DNA from: Eledone cirrhosa | Lineage: Eukaryota | Assembly (NCBI GenBank): GCA_964016885.1 | Contig: OZ024741.1 | Span: 204,848,001-204,912,000 of the forward strand | Reading direction: 5' to 3' | Length of the DNA stretch: 64,000 nt | Part shown: piece after piece, positions 50,237 through 63,329 of the stretch | Layout of the letters: every line of letters begins with the position of its first letter | How positions within the stretch are numbered: position 1 is the first letter of the stretch | Notes under the pieces: generated by a model | Databases searched by the model: none | The model's input: the letters and a program-made list of their open reading frames with translations, nothing else | What the model was told of the DNA's origin: nothing | Made by a program: the position numbers and the translations under genes

Positions 50237-50719
50237 ATGCATTAATGAGTTTTATATTGAATAATAATAATATTCGATTTGTTTGCAAGCAAACAGCCTC
50301 ATCATGCCATGTGATATCCTTTTGTTCTAGCAGTGGCAGAGACATTGTTTCTCACTTTCTGCCACCGCTAGAACAAAAGGATGATGATAGTTATCTAAAG
50401 TGGAGGCACGTGGCCTAGTGGTATGGGTGTTGGACTTACGATCATAATGTCATGGGCTCGATTCCTGGGTTGCGCGTTGTGTTCTTGAGCAAAACACTTC
50501 ATTTCACGTTGCTGCAGTATACTCACCTGAAAATGTCCAGGGGGGAGTCTTGTACTCTCAGTCGCTTCCGGGATAAGCACCAGCCAAATGAGCCTTCTGG
50601 CTTAAGAGAGACTTTAGACTTTTTTTTTTAGTTATCTAAAACACAGAGTAATGAGGCTGTTTGCTTGCAAACAAATAAAATATTATTAGTATTATTTGAT
50701 ATAAAACTCACGGATGCAT
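50237..50719. repeat. Nested foldback element interrupted by a SINE
   Basis: Outer arms share TTTGTTTGCAAGCAAACAGCCTCAT in inverse orientation; inner 25-bp hairpin at 50316-50382. Confidence 0.8.
50400..50628 (+). mobile_element. tRNA-derived SINE with TSD
   Basis: A box TGGCCTAGTGG, B box GGCTCGATTCC; 12-bp TSD TAGTTATCTAAA at 50388-50399 and 50629-50640. Confidence 0.88.
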
Positions 50720-51011
50720 CTTTCTTAATCCTTTTGATACAAAACTGTATGAAATCGGCCCAGGTTCTAGGATACAGAACAGTTTATTTTTAATTGTTTA
50801 TATTTGATTAAACACCTTCCATCATAATTTTATGTAAGAGACTTTGTTAAGATATATTCTAAACACCAACTTCATAAAGAAAAAGTTAGTCATATTACTA
50901 AACCCCTCCAAATTCTTGATTATTTTCAAAATTAGTTGGAAATCACACACTATCTTTCATTAGAAATATGATAACAAAAGGGTTAACTTAGGGTTATAGA
51001 TATGAACAAAC

Positions 51012-51245
51012 CTATTTGCTCCAACAGACAGTTGCCATTATACCAGGCTGCTAGTTCAGGTTGAGAAACTGGTTTAATTAAGTTTTGTCCTTCTAAACCA
51101 CTGCATGGTACAAATCTGACTTCTTTGTCACGATATCCAGCTTGCTTGAGAAATGTGCCTAGTTTTTTCACAATTTCATTATACCTTTCCTCTGACCAGT
51201 TAACTGTGTCCATTTTATTTACACACACAATTAATTGAGAAATTC
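51012..51245 (-). CDS. HBS1L: HBS1L exon, G4/G5 (GISQLIVCVNKMD...VPCSGLEGQNL...WYNGNCLLEQI)
   Basis: Lies inside ORF 50983..51315(-); CAG acceptor, GTTTGT donor; 234 nt. Confidence 0.96.
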
Positions 51246-51333
51246 CTGTAACAAAAATAGATAAAATGAGTAAATACATGTGTCTGTGTATGTGAGTGGC
51301 TGAATAATGTTGCATATGGGCTATATTGTATGA

Positions 51334-51664
51334 CTAGCTCGTTCCGTGTCATCAAAAAAATGAAGGCTAATTGTAATATGTATACATAATATAAAAAAAG
51401 AAATGTTTGTTTGTTGGTTGGTTGGTTCTTTCATGCTCACTCACACAAGTGATACAAACATACAAACCTTTCTCAGTCGACGTTATCACCCCTTCCTTTC
51501 TCAGTCGATATAATATCTCCTTCCTTTTTCAGTCAACGTTATCACCCCTTCCTTTGTCAGTCAATGTTATCACCCCTTCCTTTCTCAGTTGACGTAATCA
51601 CCTCTTCCTTTGTCAGTCATCTTTTGTGACGGACAAAAACACAAGGATATTATATATTAGTAGA
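51334..51664 (-). mobile_element. Non-autonomous Helitron-like element with 28-bp minisatellite
   Basis: Minus strand A|TCTAC...CTAG|T; about 5.5 units of CCTTTCTCAGTCGACGTTATCACCCCTT at 51467-51619. Confidence 0.6.
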
Positions 51665-52042
51665 TCTTGTCATAGAACAATTGTTTGTTTCACAATCATG
51701 AAGTCTCAAGTTTGATCCCACTGCATGGCATCTTGAGCAAGTTTTTTCTACCATAGCCTCAGTCTGACCTTACCTTTTGTAAGTAATATTTCAGCATGCA
51801 TTGGGAGCATTTTATCATGACTCCAGCCCTACCCCACTACAGGATGGACAGTGTTCTTTTTATCATGGCACCAGCACTACCATTTTACAGTGTGGTGGGT
51901 GTATCATCATGGTACCAGCACTGCCACTTTATTATGTGAGCTGGATGAATTTATTGTTGCACCACCACTGCCATTTTACAGAGTGGGTTGGGTATATTTT
52001 ATTGTGGCACCATCATCAGCATGGGTAGGACAATATATATAT

Positions 52043-52101
<59 letters not shown>

Positions 52102-52164
52102 CATTAAAATAACAACAGAAGGCCAGACTAGAAAATTTACTTTAGAATTACAATTCCGTGAAAG

Positions 52165-52234
52165 CACTATACATATTTCAATGGCCCAGCTCTATCATCT
52201 ATTATGATGCAAAACAAGGCGATTTCTTCAGGTG
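52165..52234 (-). ncRNA. Minimal hammerhead ribozyme motif
   Basis: CAC-CTGAAGA-[imperfect stem II]-GAAAT-ATGT-ATA-GTG on the minus strand. Confidence 0.6.
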
Positions 52235-52395
52235 TTATTTGCAGAATTATGTAACAGGATTACTTTGAACCCAAATATAGAATGGAAGATAGGAGATAGA
52301 GAAAAAAAATAGTAGATAGAAAACAGAAAATTCGATTTGGGGTAAAATGACAGGAGGCCATACTGGTGAAATTGCTTTAAGATTTATTTCAGCAA

Positions 52396-52453
52396 ACACT
52401 ATGTACGTTTCAGTGGCCATGTTACGTAAGATCCTGGTGACATCATCAGGTTC
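52396..52453 (-). ncRNA. Minimal hammerhead ribozyme motif
   Basis: AC-CTGATGA-[TGTCACCAGG..CATGGCCACT]-GAAAC-GTAC-ATA-GT; one stem III mismatch consistent with CpG decay. Confidence 0.6.
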
Positions 52454-52539
52454 ATATTGCATAACAGTTACATAACTTCTTATAGCCTCTTGGGCTGTCT
52501 TTATCATTATTTCTTTATTATATAACTATTGTGCAATAT

Positions 52540-52597
52540 GCACCTGATGATGTCACCAGGATCTTACAAAACCTGGCCAATGAAATGTACATAGTGT
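52540..52597 (+). ncRNA. Minimal hammerhead ribozyme motif (inverted arm)
   Basis: GCAC-CTGATGA-[CCAGG/CCTGG]-GAAAT-GTAC-ATA-GTGT; palindromic ATGTACAT. Confidence 0.68.
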
Positions 52598-53309
52598 TTG
52601 CTGAAATAAAAATTTGAAGGAATTTCACCAGTCCGGCCTCCTGTTATTTTATTCAAGAATAATTAACTCTGTTCTCACACCACCAACAAGATTCAACATC
52701 AAAGATGTTGCTGCATATGAGTTGCATAACGTTGAGTGCTTTTCCTAATATTACATCATGGTTGGCTATACAGAAAGACCAGTTCTATCCAGTGGTGAAC
52801 CACCAAACTTAAATGTGTATATATATATGCACATGGCTTAGTGGTTAGAGCATTGGCCTTGCAATCGAAAGGTTGTGAGTTCAATTCTCAGACCGGGTGA
52901 TGTGTTGTTTCCTTGAGCAAGACACTTTATTTCACATTGCTCCAGTTTACTCAGCTGTAGAAATGAGATGATAGGGACTGGGGTCCCTGTCATTCCACTG
53001 CAAAGTGGTCGTGGAGGTGCCACGGCAAAAAAGCACCCAGCACTCACTGTAAATGAGGTTGGTGTTAGGAAGGGCATCCAGCTGTAGAAATCAAGCCAGA
53101 ATCAGTTCCCGTCCCACCCTTGCAAGCAGGGAAAAAGTGGACGTTAAATGAAATGATGAATGATGATGATAAACACACATACACATGCATATATACAGAC
53201 AACAGGTTTCTCTACAGTTTCTATCAAATAAAACTTTAATAACAAGGCATTGGTATAATAAATAATCAAATATATATATGTAAAGAAACTTAAAAAATGA
53301 TCAGCTTAC

Positions 53310-53426
53310 CTAAAGATCTGGCAAGCAAAGCATGTTCTCTGGTTTGTCCCCCAGATAGAAACCCAGTTTCAAACTCTCCTCTGGTTGCATTCACCACTAA
53401 AATAGCTGCATCAGCTTGGGCAGTGC
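53310..53426 (-). CDS. HBS1L: HBS1L exon ([39 protein letters not shown])
   Basis: AAG acceptor, GTAAGC donor; 117 nt. Confidence 0.96.
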
Positions 53427-53498
53427 CTTTGAAATAGAGTGAAAATACAGGCATGAATACAAGGAAGAGGAAAATAAAAATTAAGAGGGGTGTATGAA

Positions 53499-54791
53499 TG
53501 TTAAGACCGGATGCCCATGGGAACTCCTGTATGCTGATGACCTCACACTCATAGCTGGATCTATGGTAGAACTAGAGAAGAAATTCCAAACTTGGAAGCA
53601 GGGACTAGAAAGAAAGGGTCTCAAAGTCAACATGACAAAGACTAAGGTCCTTATAAGTAGACGAGAAAACAGAACCCAGATCCCCTCAGGGAAATGGCCT
53701 TGCTCAGTATGTAGGAAAGATGTAAGTAGGAACTCCATTCTCTGCCCCAAATGCAAACAATGGGTTCACAAGAGATGTAGTGGGATCTCAGGAAGCTTAA
53801 TTAAGAATGTAGGCTTCACATGTAGCAGCTGTGCTGGGACAGCAAGCAGCAAACAGCCACAGGAAACAAGTACCACCAATCTCTGGGAGGGTTCTGTAGA
53901 AACAGTAGACAGCTTCTGCTACCTAGGTGACCGAATTAGCAGCGGAGGTGGGTGTTCAGAAAGTACAATAACTAGGGTAAGAACGGGATGGAAGAAGTTC
54001 AGAGAACTACTGCCACTGCTAGCTGAAAAAGGCTTCTCCCTCAGAATGAAAGGCAGACTGTATGATGCGTGTATCCGAACAGCGATGTTGCATGGTAGTG
54101 AGACCTGGGCGCTGAAGGTGGAAGACTTACGTAGATTAGAAAGAAACGAAGCCTGCATGCTACGATGGATATGTAATAGTAATATACGCGAACGGCAAAG
54201 CATAAATGAATTGAGAGAGAGACTGAGCATAAGAGGAATCAAATGCTGTGTGCAGGAGAGGCGGTTGCGTTGGTATGGACATGTGATGCGTATGAAGGAT
54301 GACAGCTGCATAAAAATGTGCAGAGCACTAGAGGTCAATGGAAACCGCGGAGTGGGGAGACCCAAGAAGACCTGGGATGAGGTGATAAAAGCCGACCTTA
54401 CCCAATTGCACCTCTCAAAGGCGATGACACACGACCGTGACTTCTGGCGTCACGCAGTAATACAGAGTACCCGACCTCCCATGGGTACAAGCTGAAGCAT
54501 GTAGACAATATGCCCCCACCCCCTCCCACTGCAAAGTGGTCGTGGAGGTGCCACGGCAAAAAAGCACCCAGCCCACACTGTAAAGTGGACGTGTAGGGCC
54601 ACGGAAAAAAGCACCAGCACTCACTGTAAATAAGGTTGGTGTTAGGAAGGGCATCCAGCTGTAGAAATCAAGCCAAAATCAGTTCCTGTATGAGCAAGGC
54701 ATGGTCAGCCGACCAGACACTGCCCACAACAGGACAACCCGTCTAACCCATGCTAGCATGGAAGAACGGACGTAAAACGGTGATGATGATG
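53499..54791 (+). mobile_element. RTE family B-like LINE, 5'-truncated, antisense in an HBS1L intron
   Basis: ORF 53494..54495 (YADD, PHD-like finger, RWYGHVMRM) open to its stop; 3' UTR and (GAT)n tail. Confidence 0.95.
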
Positions 54792-56098
54792 AGACAAATA
54801 TAGATTATATATTATTATTATTCAAATCCCGCCGAGGTTTACTTTGCCTTTCATCCTTACGGGGTCGATAAAATAAAGTACCAGTAATGCACTGGGTAAT
54901 TGCTGGCCTTGTGCCTAAAGTAGAAACAATTATTATTATTATTAGGTGGATTGGCAGTATCGGTAGAGGGTCGGATGCCAAGATTTGACGCATAGAGTTA
55001 CGGCCCTTGCCATTCTGAGTTCAAATTCCGCCGAGGTTAACTTTGCCTTTCATCCTTACGGGGTCGATAAAATGAAGTACCAGTAATTTGGCCTTGTGCC
55101 AAAAGTAGAAACAATTATTATTATTATTGTGTTTCTCTGCAACAACCTAGTGTCTTCTATATGTTGTTTCATCCTGTGCATATGGGAAGGCAGATCTTCA
55201 GCAACCCATTCAAGCATGGAAAAACGAATGTAAAACCGATCATATATATATATATATATGTCATCACCACTACCACTACTACCATCATCATCATATTACA
55301 GCCACTCACCATACTGACATGGATATTGGACATGTTATTATGGTCCAAGATGTTCCATATGTTGGGATGGTTTCTAAGGCTGGATGCCTATCCTAATGCT
55401 AACAACTTTACAGTGTATTGGGTGCATTTTATCATGGCACCACTTCTTTATACAACTATCCTCATCCATATGCATTACATATTTGAACCAGCATAGTCTT
55501 CTCTCTCACATCTGATTTTTCTTATACCCAGTTTTTCTCACAACTCATCTCTGCCTCATCATTCCTTCACACTAACATTACATATCCAGTGGAGCAGGCT
55601 CACTTCGTTTCTTTCCAGCATTTGAACTTCCACCTCATTCAATGCCCATGACACTTTGTACACAAGCATCATACAATCTACCTTTCAAAGAGAGAATCCT
55701 TTTTTTTGCTAGCAAAGATTATGGCTCCCTGAACTTTTTCCACCTAATTTTTATTCTTGTTACTGATTAAGTCACTCAGGTAACAGAAGCTACCAACTAC
55801 TACTGTAGAGCCTTGTGATCATTATCTTCACTGTTTAATGTCTATTTGCTATGCTTGTATGGGTTAAATGAGTTGTCATGATCTGTGATTAAATGTGCCA
55901 GATGACTGTCTTTTCCCTAAATGCTCCATTTTAGCATGGTTTCTATGGCAGGATACCCTTTCTAATGTCAATCCCTTCACAGCATGTACCAGGTGTATTT
56001 TATTGTGACACCAGTACCAATTGAAGAAAATTATTTTACACACTAAATGGATATATATAACAAAGAAACAACAAAAATTTAGTAGAGCTGATACTTAC

Positions 56099-56211
56099 CA
56101 GTTATCATATTAGGTATAAAATCTTTATGTCCAGGAGCATCAAGTAGAGTAACAGTTTTATGTGTAGTTTCAAACATGGTTTGGGCAACATCCATGGTAA
56201 CACCTCGACTC
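56099..56211 (-). CDS. HBS1L: HBS1L exon, G2/G3 (SRGVTMDV...[15 protein letters not shown])
   Basis: CCAG acceptor, GTAAGT donor; 113 nt. Confidence 0.97.
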
Positions 56212-56516
56212 CTGGAGAGAATTGAGAACATGGGAACAAAGGACAATAGGAACTATAATATTGTGAATAATTTGGAGGGATTTACTAAATTATTTCAATT
56301 ATTAAGATGGTATTACTAACATAATGAAAGGTTCATATACCAAATTATGTTGGAAGATTTTAATTTAAATCAGAACCATTTAAAATGGGCAGCTTTGTCC
56401 TTTTCACAAACAATCTATTCTTCAGTAACGGTATTATAAACATTGAGTTAACAGCTCTGCTTTTAAATATTTTCTGTTAAATCACTACAGGATGTTAAGA
56501 GTTAATATTTACTTAC

Positions 56517-56676
56517 CGCTCTTCTTCAGTTTCATCAAGGACCCATGCATAAGCAAATGACCCTTTGCCAAGCTTTTTAGATTCCTGTTCAAACTTGTGC
56601 ATTAATCTCTTATTTACTGTTCCTAGCTGATAGAGAAGGTGTCCCATAAGAGTACTTTTACCAGCATCCACATGAC
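56517..56676 (-). CDS. HBS1L: HBS1L exon, G1 P-loop (GHVDAGKST...[13 protein letters not shown])
   Basis: CAG acceptor, GTAAGT donor; 160 nt. Confidence 0.97.
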
Positions 56677-57937
56677 CTGTCAATATTAAATGACTGGGTT
56701 AGTCAAACAAACTGTTGCGTAATAGCTACCCAGACTTAATAGTAAAGTTAACAACAATAAACAAGCATACACTGACATTCATAAAAACTGTTGCTTTGAA
56801 TCCTTGTATTACAAGAAAGGTGTTTGGTTGGTTAGTTAACTTTTAGTCAGACAGTAGTGAAAATTAGGATTGGGATAGTATATATAGAGAAAGCTGGTTG
56901 AAAGATTAGAGTAGAAGTTCATTTTTATGATGTGAATTTTTCAAGGACTCCATTATTTATTTACTGGATCATATAGTTAAGATTCTGTGAGCTTCAATTA
57001 TTTGTGTACATTTTTTTCATGGCACAAACGCTAACACTTTATAAGGTAAACTGGGTGCATTTTCTCATGGCACTAGCACTAGGCATGTTGTTACATACTC
57101 ATTCAGACTGAAAGGTCCTCTCAAACCCTATATTGTCACCATTTGATCAGCAGCACTGCTGCCTTCAGTTTCTCACTCCATTTACTTTTTGTGTCACAGT
57201 GCTTTTACAGATGTGCAAGTATTATGGCATATTGCCAGTAAGCTCAGGCCTGTGCCATAAAGGCCATTTCAATCAACCATACTCTCCAAAAATAAGAATA
57301 TCATGCCTAGTGAAAAGAAATCAATAAATTAAGAATTTCACACTGGCCAGAGAAAGTTGACTAATACCATTGGCATTTATTGACTAAATGGAGAAAGAAG
57401 CACAAATGTATCAAATGCATGGTTCATGATGTAACATTTTTCTTCTTTAGGTAGGCAAGTTAGGGTAATATCCAAATATTCAAGTAAAAAATAGTATTTA
57501 TAAGGCTGGCTGTGTGATGCCTGTATATGAAACATGGACAGTAAATGCACAGTATATGTGGAGGCTAGAGAGAAATGGAGCAAGTATGTTTCAACAGATG
57601 TCTGTGATGTGCATGAACAACAAACCATGGATGGTCTGAGAGAAAACTGCACTGGTATGGACATACAATGCATGTGGATGACAGAGTACCAGGTGATGCC
57701 AGTAGAATGAAGCTGCAGTAGAAGAAGACCAAGGAAAACTTGAGATGAAGTGGTGAAAGTGGATCTCAAAACACTGAATTTGACAGAAGCAATGATGAAG
57801 GAACTCAGTAAGTGGAGGAAAGCTGTGCTGCAAAAAACCTGTCCAAGCCATGATGATAGTGATAATGTTTTAAAAGAGATAAGGAGTTACTAGATCATGA
57901 TCAATAATAATTCACAAGAATCTATTAGAATACATAC

Positions 57938-58023
57938 CAATAACTACTAAATTTATTAATTCTTTTCTCCCTTTTTGTCTTTTTTCATATTCTTTCTTCA
58001 AGTCAAGTTTTTCATATTTTGAC
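57938..58023 (-). CDS. HBS1L: HBS1L exon (SKYEKLDLKKEYEKRQKGRKELINLVVIG)
   Basis: TTTTAG acceptor, GTATGT donor; 86 nt; leads into the G1 motif. Confidence 0.93.
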
Positions 58024-58220
58024 CTAAAAGAGAAGTTTTATAATATTAACACTTTTGAAACTGTCAACAACAGCAACAGACCAAATGAATAAGTGAGACT
58101 TTAGGTTAGCTGGTGTTTCTAGAAGGTCGAACAATAACAAAGTCTCCCTCATTCACTTAGTGTGCTGGGTGCATTTTTCATGACACAAGTTCATAAAAAG
58201 CAAAAACAATGGTTCTTTAC

Positions 58221-58578
58221 CTTGAAGAACTTTTTGGCAATCCCATAGGTCTATCAGTGACATCACGACGAGCAGTTCGTGGTGTAAGGGATCCTTCCTT
58301 GTTTGGAGTCCTAGAGCCATCCTTACAAGGAGTAGATAAACCATCTTTTTTGAGTCCATTAAACTCCGACACACCCATTAAATCAGCAGCTAAATCGGCA
58401 TCAGTAATCGTAGTGACAGGTATAGGAGTGGAACTGGTCAATTTGTTATCATTTAGACTATGTTTAGATTTGGTAGATGAAGGTTTTGTTACTTCAGAAT
58501 TCGATGGCTGATCAACAGAGATTTTACAGCTGGAGCCATCTTTCAAGTTCTTCGATAATAATACATCTTTCTTGTTAG
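58221..58578 (-). CDS. HBS1L: HBS1L exon, Ser/Thr-rich linker (NKKDVLLSKNLKDGSSCK...GLPKSSSR)
   Basis: Overlaps ORF 58217..58546(-); CCAG acceptor, AAG|GTAAAG donor; phase fits the next exon. The 5' boundary is less certain. Confidence 0.75.
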
Positions 58579-58604
58579 CTGGAATAATAATAATGATAAT
58601 AATA

Positions 58605-59030
58605 GGCCGGTGAGACTTGTAATGTCATCTGAATTGAATGGAAGGAATAAGATCAAGGTAACAAATATATGGGCTGTGTCTCTCATGTGCTATGGAGTAA
58701 AGGTTATTAAATGGAGGAAAGACAAATTGGAAAATATTGATAGGAAAACCATGAAATTGATGACAATGCTTAAAGAACTCCATCCAAAGAGTGATATCAC
58801 AAGACTTTATGCTGGAAGAAAGAAAAGTTGTGAAAATTGTGTCAAAACCTAACTTGATATCTTAAAAATGTAAGGGGTAACATCATGTCAAAAGTAAGAG
58901 ACCTCGACATACTGAAATCTGCTGATACAGTAGCACCTAAATAATACAAGAAGAGAGTGAAAAAAGAACTTGAAAAGGAATGGAAGGATAAATTTATGCC
59001 CGACATCTAAGTTTCTGAGAATTACAAAAA
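58605..59030 (+). mobile_element. R4/Dong-like retrotransposon fragment
   Basis: SELNGRNKIKVTNIWAVSLMCYG..W....LENIDRKTMKLMTMLKELHPKSDITRLY matches the post-RT region of R4-clade elements; TAA-rich flanks. Confidence 0.7.
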
Positions 59031-62000
59031 TGAATAATAGTAAAAATAATGATAATAATGGTTTTTTATTTGAGGCACAAGGCCTACATTTTGGGGAAAG
59101 GGGAAAGTTGAGTAAATCGACCCCAGTCCTTGACTAGTACTTTACTTTATCAACTCCAGAAGGATGAAAGGCAAAGTTGGTTTTGGTGGATTTTGAACTC
59201 AGAACATAAAGAGATGGAACAAATAATACAAAATATTTTGTATGACGATTTAATGATTCATTCTTTTATGAGCCACAAGAGCAATGGACAAGGAGACATT
59301 ATGTGGACATGTCACAAAAAAATGGAGGCAGAAGAGTTAAACAGAAATCAAATGAGAAATGAAAAAGAAAATGAAAGTATACACAGTATATTTTTTAAAT
59401 GTCCTTAATAACAATCAAGGTGCCTCCAAAGATCCTGGATTAATCTGAATATCAAAGATAAGTGACATCTCCTAGCTATCATTATCCCAGCTTACAAGCA
59501 CATGCTGACAATAGATCCATTCACTCAAGTTATGTTTGCAACTCTCAACTGTATTTCAGCTTCTCATTCTTCACCATCACTTTCCTCTTAGCTGAACAAG
59601 AAAGTGCCTGTCTTCAGTTGTATCCTAATTGTAATCACAAACATAAGAATTTTTCACATAGGCATGTGAGGGAAATGGAGCAGAGCATTTGTGCTGTTCT
59701 TAAGGTCATTAACGATGAAACATTTGAAGGAATCAATGTAGGCTTTCAGCTTCAATAGAGTAAGATTAACATTAATAGTTTTCAAAGCTTTTTCTGTTTC
59801 TCTTTAATTTGCTTGCCAACTGGCTTGCCCCATCACATCTGGTGATAGAGCTGTTGTTTTGCTTTCAGATATATATTCAATTTCTAACTATGTTGGCTAT
59901 GGTATGAGTGATTGACATACATCCTAGTGGATAACAGACTCAGAGCACCAATTAGAGTGCTGGGGAAGTCTAAATTGATCCATATAGAATCGTCTGGTTG
60001 TTCAAGAAAGAACACAGAGAAGGATTTTTAAAGATTAAAAAAAATAAAATGTTGCTAGTTTTCTGAGAAAAATATAATTATAAATATAATTATAGCCACC
60101 CACATTTAGAGTTAGTCACATTAGACAATATAATACAGTTGTCACAGTCTTCCTTCTCTCTGGAACAGTTTTTTTAAACTCTTTAGCATTTAAACCAGCT
60201 GTATTCGGCCAGAATTCTCTCATCTCTCTGTTGTAACTGGCCACTCATACCGGTGTTAATGTATTGTTCAAAAATAAATAATATCAAAATCTCATAGATT
60301 CGATATTATGCGAAATATTATGTGTAATAAAGCCTTTACTACGAAAATACAATAGTATATATACAGTAATGTAAAGGCTAAAGGGTCAAAATTACTTTGT
60401 CAGGAGAAAAGGTAATGCCAATGACCCTTTTTAGGGAGGGAAAATATCCTCAAACATTGGTTCAAATGCTTACAGGTACTTAAGGGCCAGGTTGTGGCGT
60501 TAAATAGTCCAACAGATTAAGTCTGTCACCCAAGTAGGCTTTGGCTTAATTTGAACATAGAAATCAGATAGTCAAACAAATACAGCAAGGCATTAGTCTG
60601 ACTTTCTAATGATTACACCAACCCAGTGCTCTAGACAGCTACTTTATGGAGTCAGAAGGTTGAAAGGCAAAGTTGAGCACTGCACAATCATCGTCATCTT
60701 TTTGTATCTGTGTTTTATGATGGCACATTTTAGACAAGTTGTCACAATCTGTGACTAGATGGATGTTTTACCCATATGTTCCATATTTGGCATGGCTTCT
60801 ATGGCTGAATGCCCCTCCCAATGCCAACAACTTTGCAGTGTCAGATGAATTTTATCATGGCACAGGCATTATCACTTCACAGAGTGTTCTGAGTACATTT
60901 TTTATGACCCAACATTATTACATGCTTGGTAAAACTGAAGAGTTATCTCCACCCTACATTGTTTCTTAACCCCTTTACAATGGCAACACCACAAGAGAAG
61001 TTCTCAGGTATTTGACATGTACAGGGGGTCCTCTCTACTCTATGTTGTATCAGTCTTTCTGAGGGAGGTTGTTTCATCCACAACAGATTAAATAAAGCTC
61101 TCATTACTGATGACCAAGTTCTTTATATTATAGCATATTGCCAGTCACCTTGGTCCTGTCTTCTCTTTCATTATTCACAACATCCCCCTATGTCTACTTT
61201 GGTCTTCCTAAAACCTAATCTTATTTCAGTTTGAAATCTTCACTAATCGTGATAAATTCATCACAAATCAGGATGGATTATTATATTTAAATCAAATATA
61301 TGTATTTTTGAATATATAAATATGGTAAGATTTGATATATGGTTAGGTTAAACCATACCTTAGGCCTAGTTCTCACCTGCTGAACACCTTATTTCAACTT
61401 GTAACCCTCATTCAAAACTTATAACTCCTATCACTGACCTTCAGGTTAGAGGATGCAGAGTGGGTTTTAGAGATACTTTATGGAGGAAAAAATGTTTTAT
61501 AAGCTGTAAAATACAGTAACTTTCATAGATGTGTGTCTTAGTCAGGATAAAATGTAATCCTCATTCACTCTATGCTACTGAATCCATGACAAAGTAACAA
61601 TTTTCTTAGCTTTTCAAGAGTTGTGTAGTCATTTATCATCAATAATACTCATAGATCTGTTTGCTGATAAGCTGACACCATAATTATGCTATTTCAAAAC
61701 CCTGCCATAGATATTATCTTGAATCATTGAATATCATTTATTTCAGCTTATTTCTGTGGCTAATTATCAACAGTCTCATTTTATGATGAAGTATTAATAC
61801 TAGGAAAGACACTCTCTTAACACATTTGATACAAAACTGCCTGGATTTATAATACAAAACTGCTCATTGTAAAATGTTTATCCTTATATTATAGAAAGCA
61901 GAATGATTTTTAGGAAAAAATACTAGATGTCTTTAGCCTTGAGTGTAGGACAATCTTCAGTGACACAATGGAATGCACTCAATTCCTGCCTCCCCTTGAA

Positions 62001-63329
62001 AGACTAACACCTTTTATCAAACACATATTTGTTTTAACCCTTTAGCATTTACATCACTCTATATTTACTATTGTATTTTCACAGTAAAGGCTTTATCTCA
62101 CACAATTATCTCATATAATATTGAGTCTACGAGATTTTGATATCATTTATTTTGAGGACAATACCTTAATGTCTATATGAGTGGCTGGTTATGGCCAGTT
62201 TGAACAGAAAGAGGTGAGAGAATTCTGGCTAGATATGGCCAGTTGAAATAGATTCATGAACACTAACCTTATCAGATATTTTAGCTGAAAGAAAGGAAAT
62301 CAATGATTTATCCTATATGATTTCACAAAAAAAAAAAAAAAAAGAAAGAAAAAATGTCAGCAAAGCTATCTATTCTCAGTTAATAAAGTAAATAAAGTGT
62401 TTTCCCATTCATTCATAAAAGCAGCGAATTTCTAAAAATAATACATTGGCAGTGAATTAATTTAAGATTAAATCTTTAGCATTTAAACAGGCTGCACTCG
62501 GCCATAATTCTCACCTCTTTCTGTTCAAAATAGCAGTAACTTGCTACTCATATTGATGTTAAGGTATTGTTCTCAAAATAAATAATATCAAAATCTCAGA
62601 TTCGATATTATGTAACATAAAGCCTTTACCATGAAAATACAATAGTAAGTATAGAGTAATGAAAATGATAAAGGGTTAAATTCAGTTTATCCAGTTCATC
62701 CTTTTGATACTAAACTGCTTGAAACTGCTCCTGGTCCTATAATACAAAGCACTTTTTTAAAAAAATGTTTATATTATCTAAAACCTTTCCATCATAATTT
62801 ATGTAAGAACTTTTATGTTCCAAACACCAGCTTAATAATGAGAAAATTAGTTGCTTTATTAAATTTCCCCAAATTAATGTGAAAACCATAAGTAATATCT
62901 GAACAAGAATATTATTACTGGTGCAGGGTAGTATATACATTAGTCATGCAAACGCGACATCTAAAACAAGTTGTATTGAACAGAAATGAATGTTTCATAA
63001 AATAAAATAAAATAAAATAATCCTTTTGTGCCATAATCATTTAATGTCTGTTATTCTGTTCTGGCAATAGTTGAATAGGTCTCACAGTAGTCCTAGTATG
63101 TTTTTTTTTTGTGGCATGTTCTGCCTATCTCCAACAATTTTACAGTGTGGACTGGAGGTATATTATCATACCACCAATACTAGGGAGGTTAATTACAAGC
63201 GAGCTAACCTGTGTAAGTTTTTATTTATTTATTATTCAGAGTTACTGTTCTCTAAGACATGTTACCAGCATGTGACTTGTGTAGTACATGTGTTCTATAT
63301 CTATTCCTTGATATTTTTCTTCTTTCTTT

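Noticed and set aside
50400-50470. tRNA-like sequence with A and B boxes (also 52828-52900)
   Set aside because: SINE head: continues into a SINE body, has a TSD, and does not form a proper cloverleaf.
51467-51619. 28-bp repeats that could be mistaken for a CRISPR array
   Set aside because: Head-to-tail minisatellite without unique spacers, in eukaryotic DNA with no cas genes.
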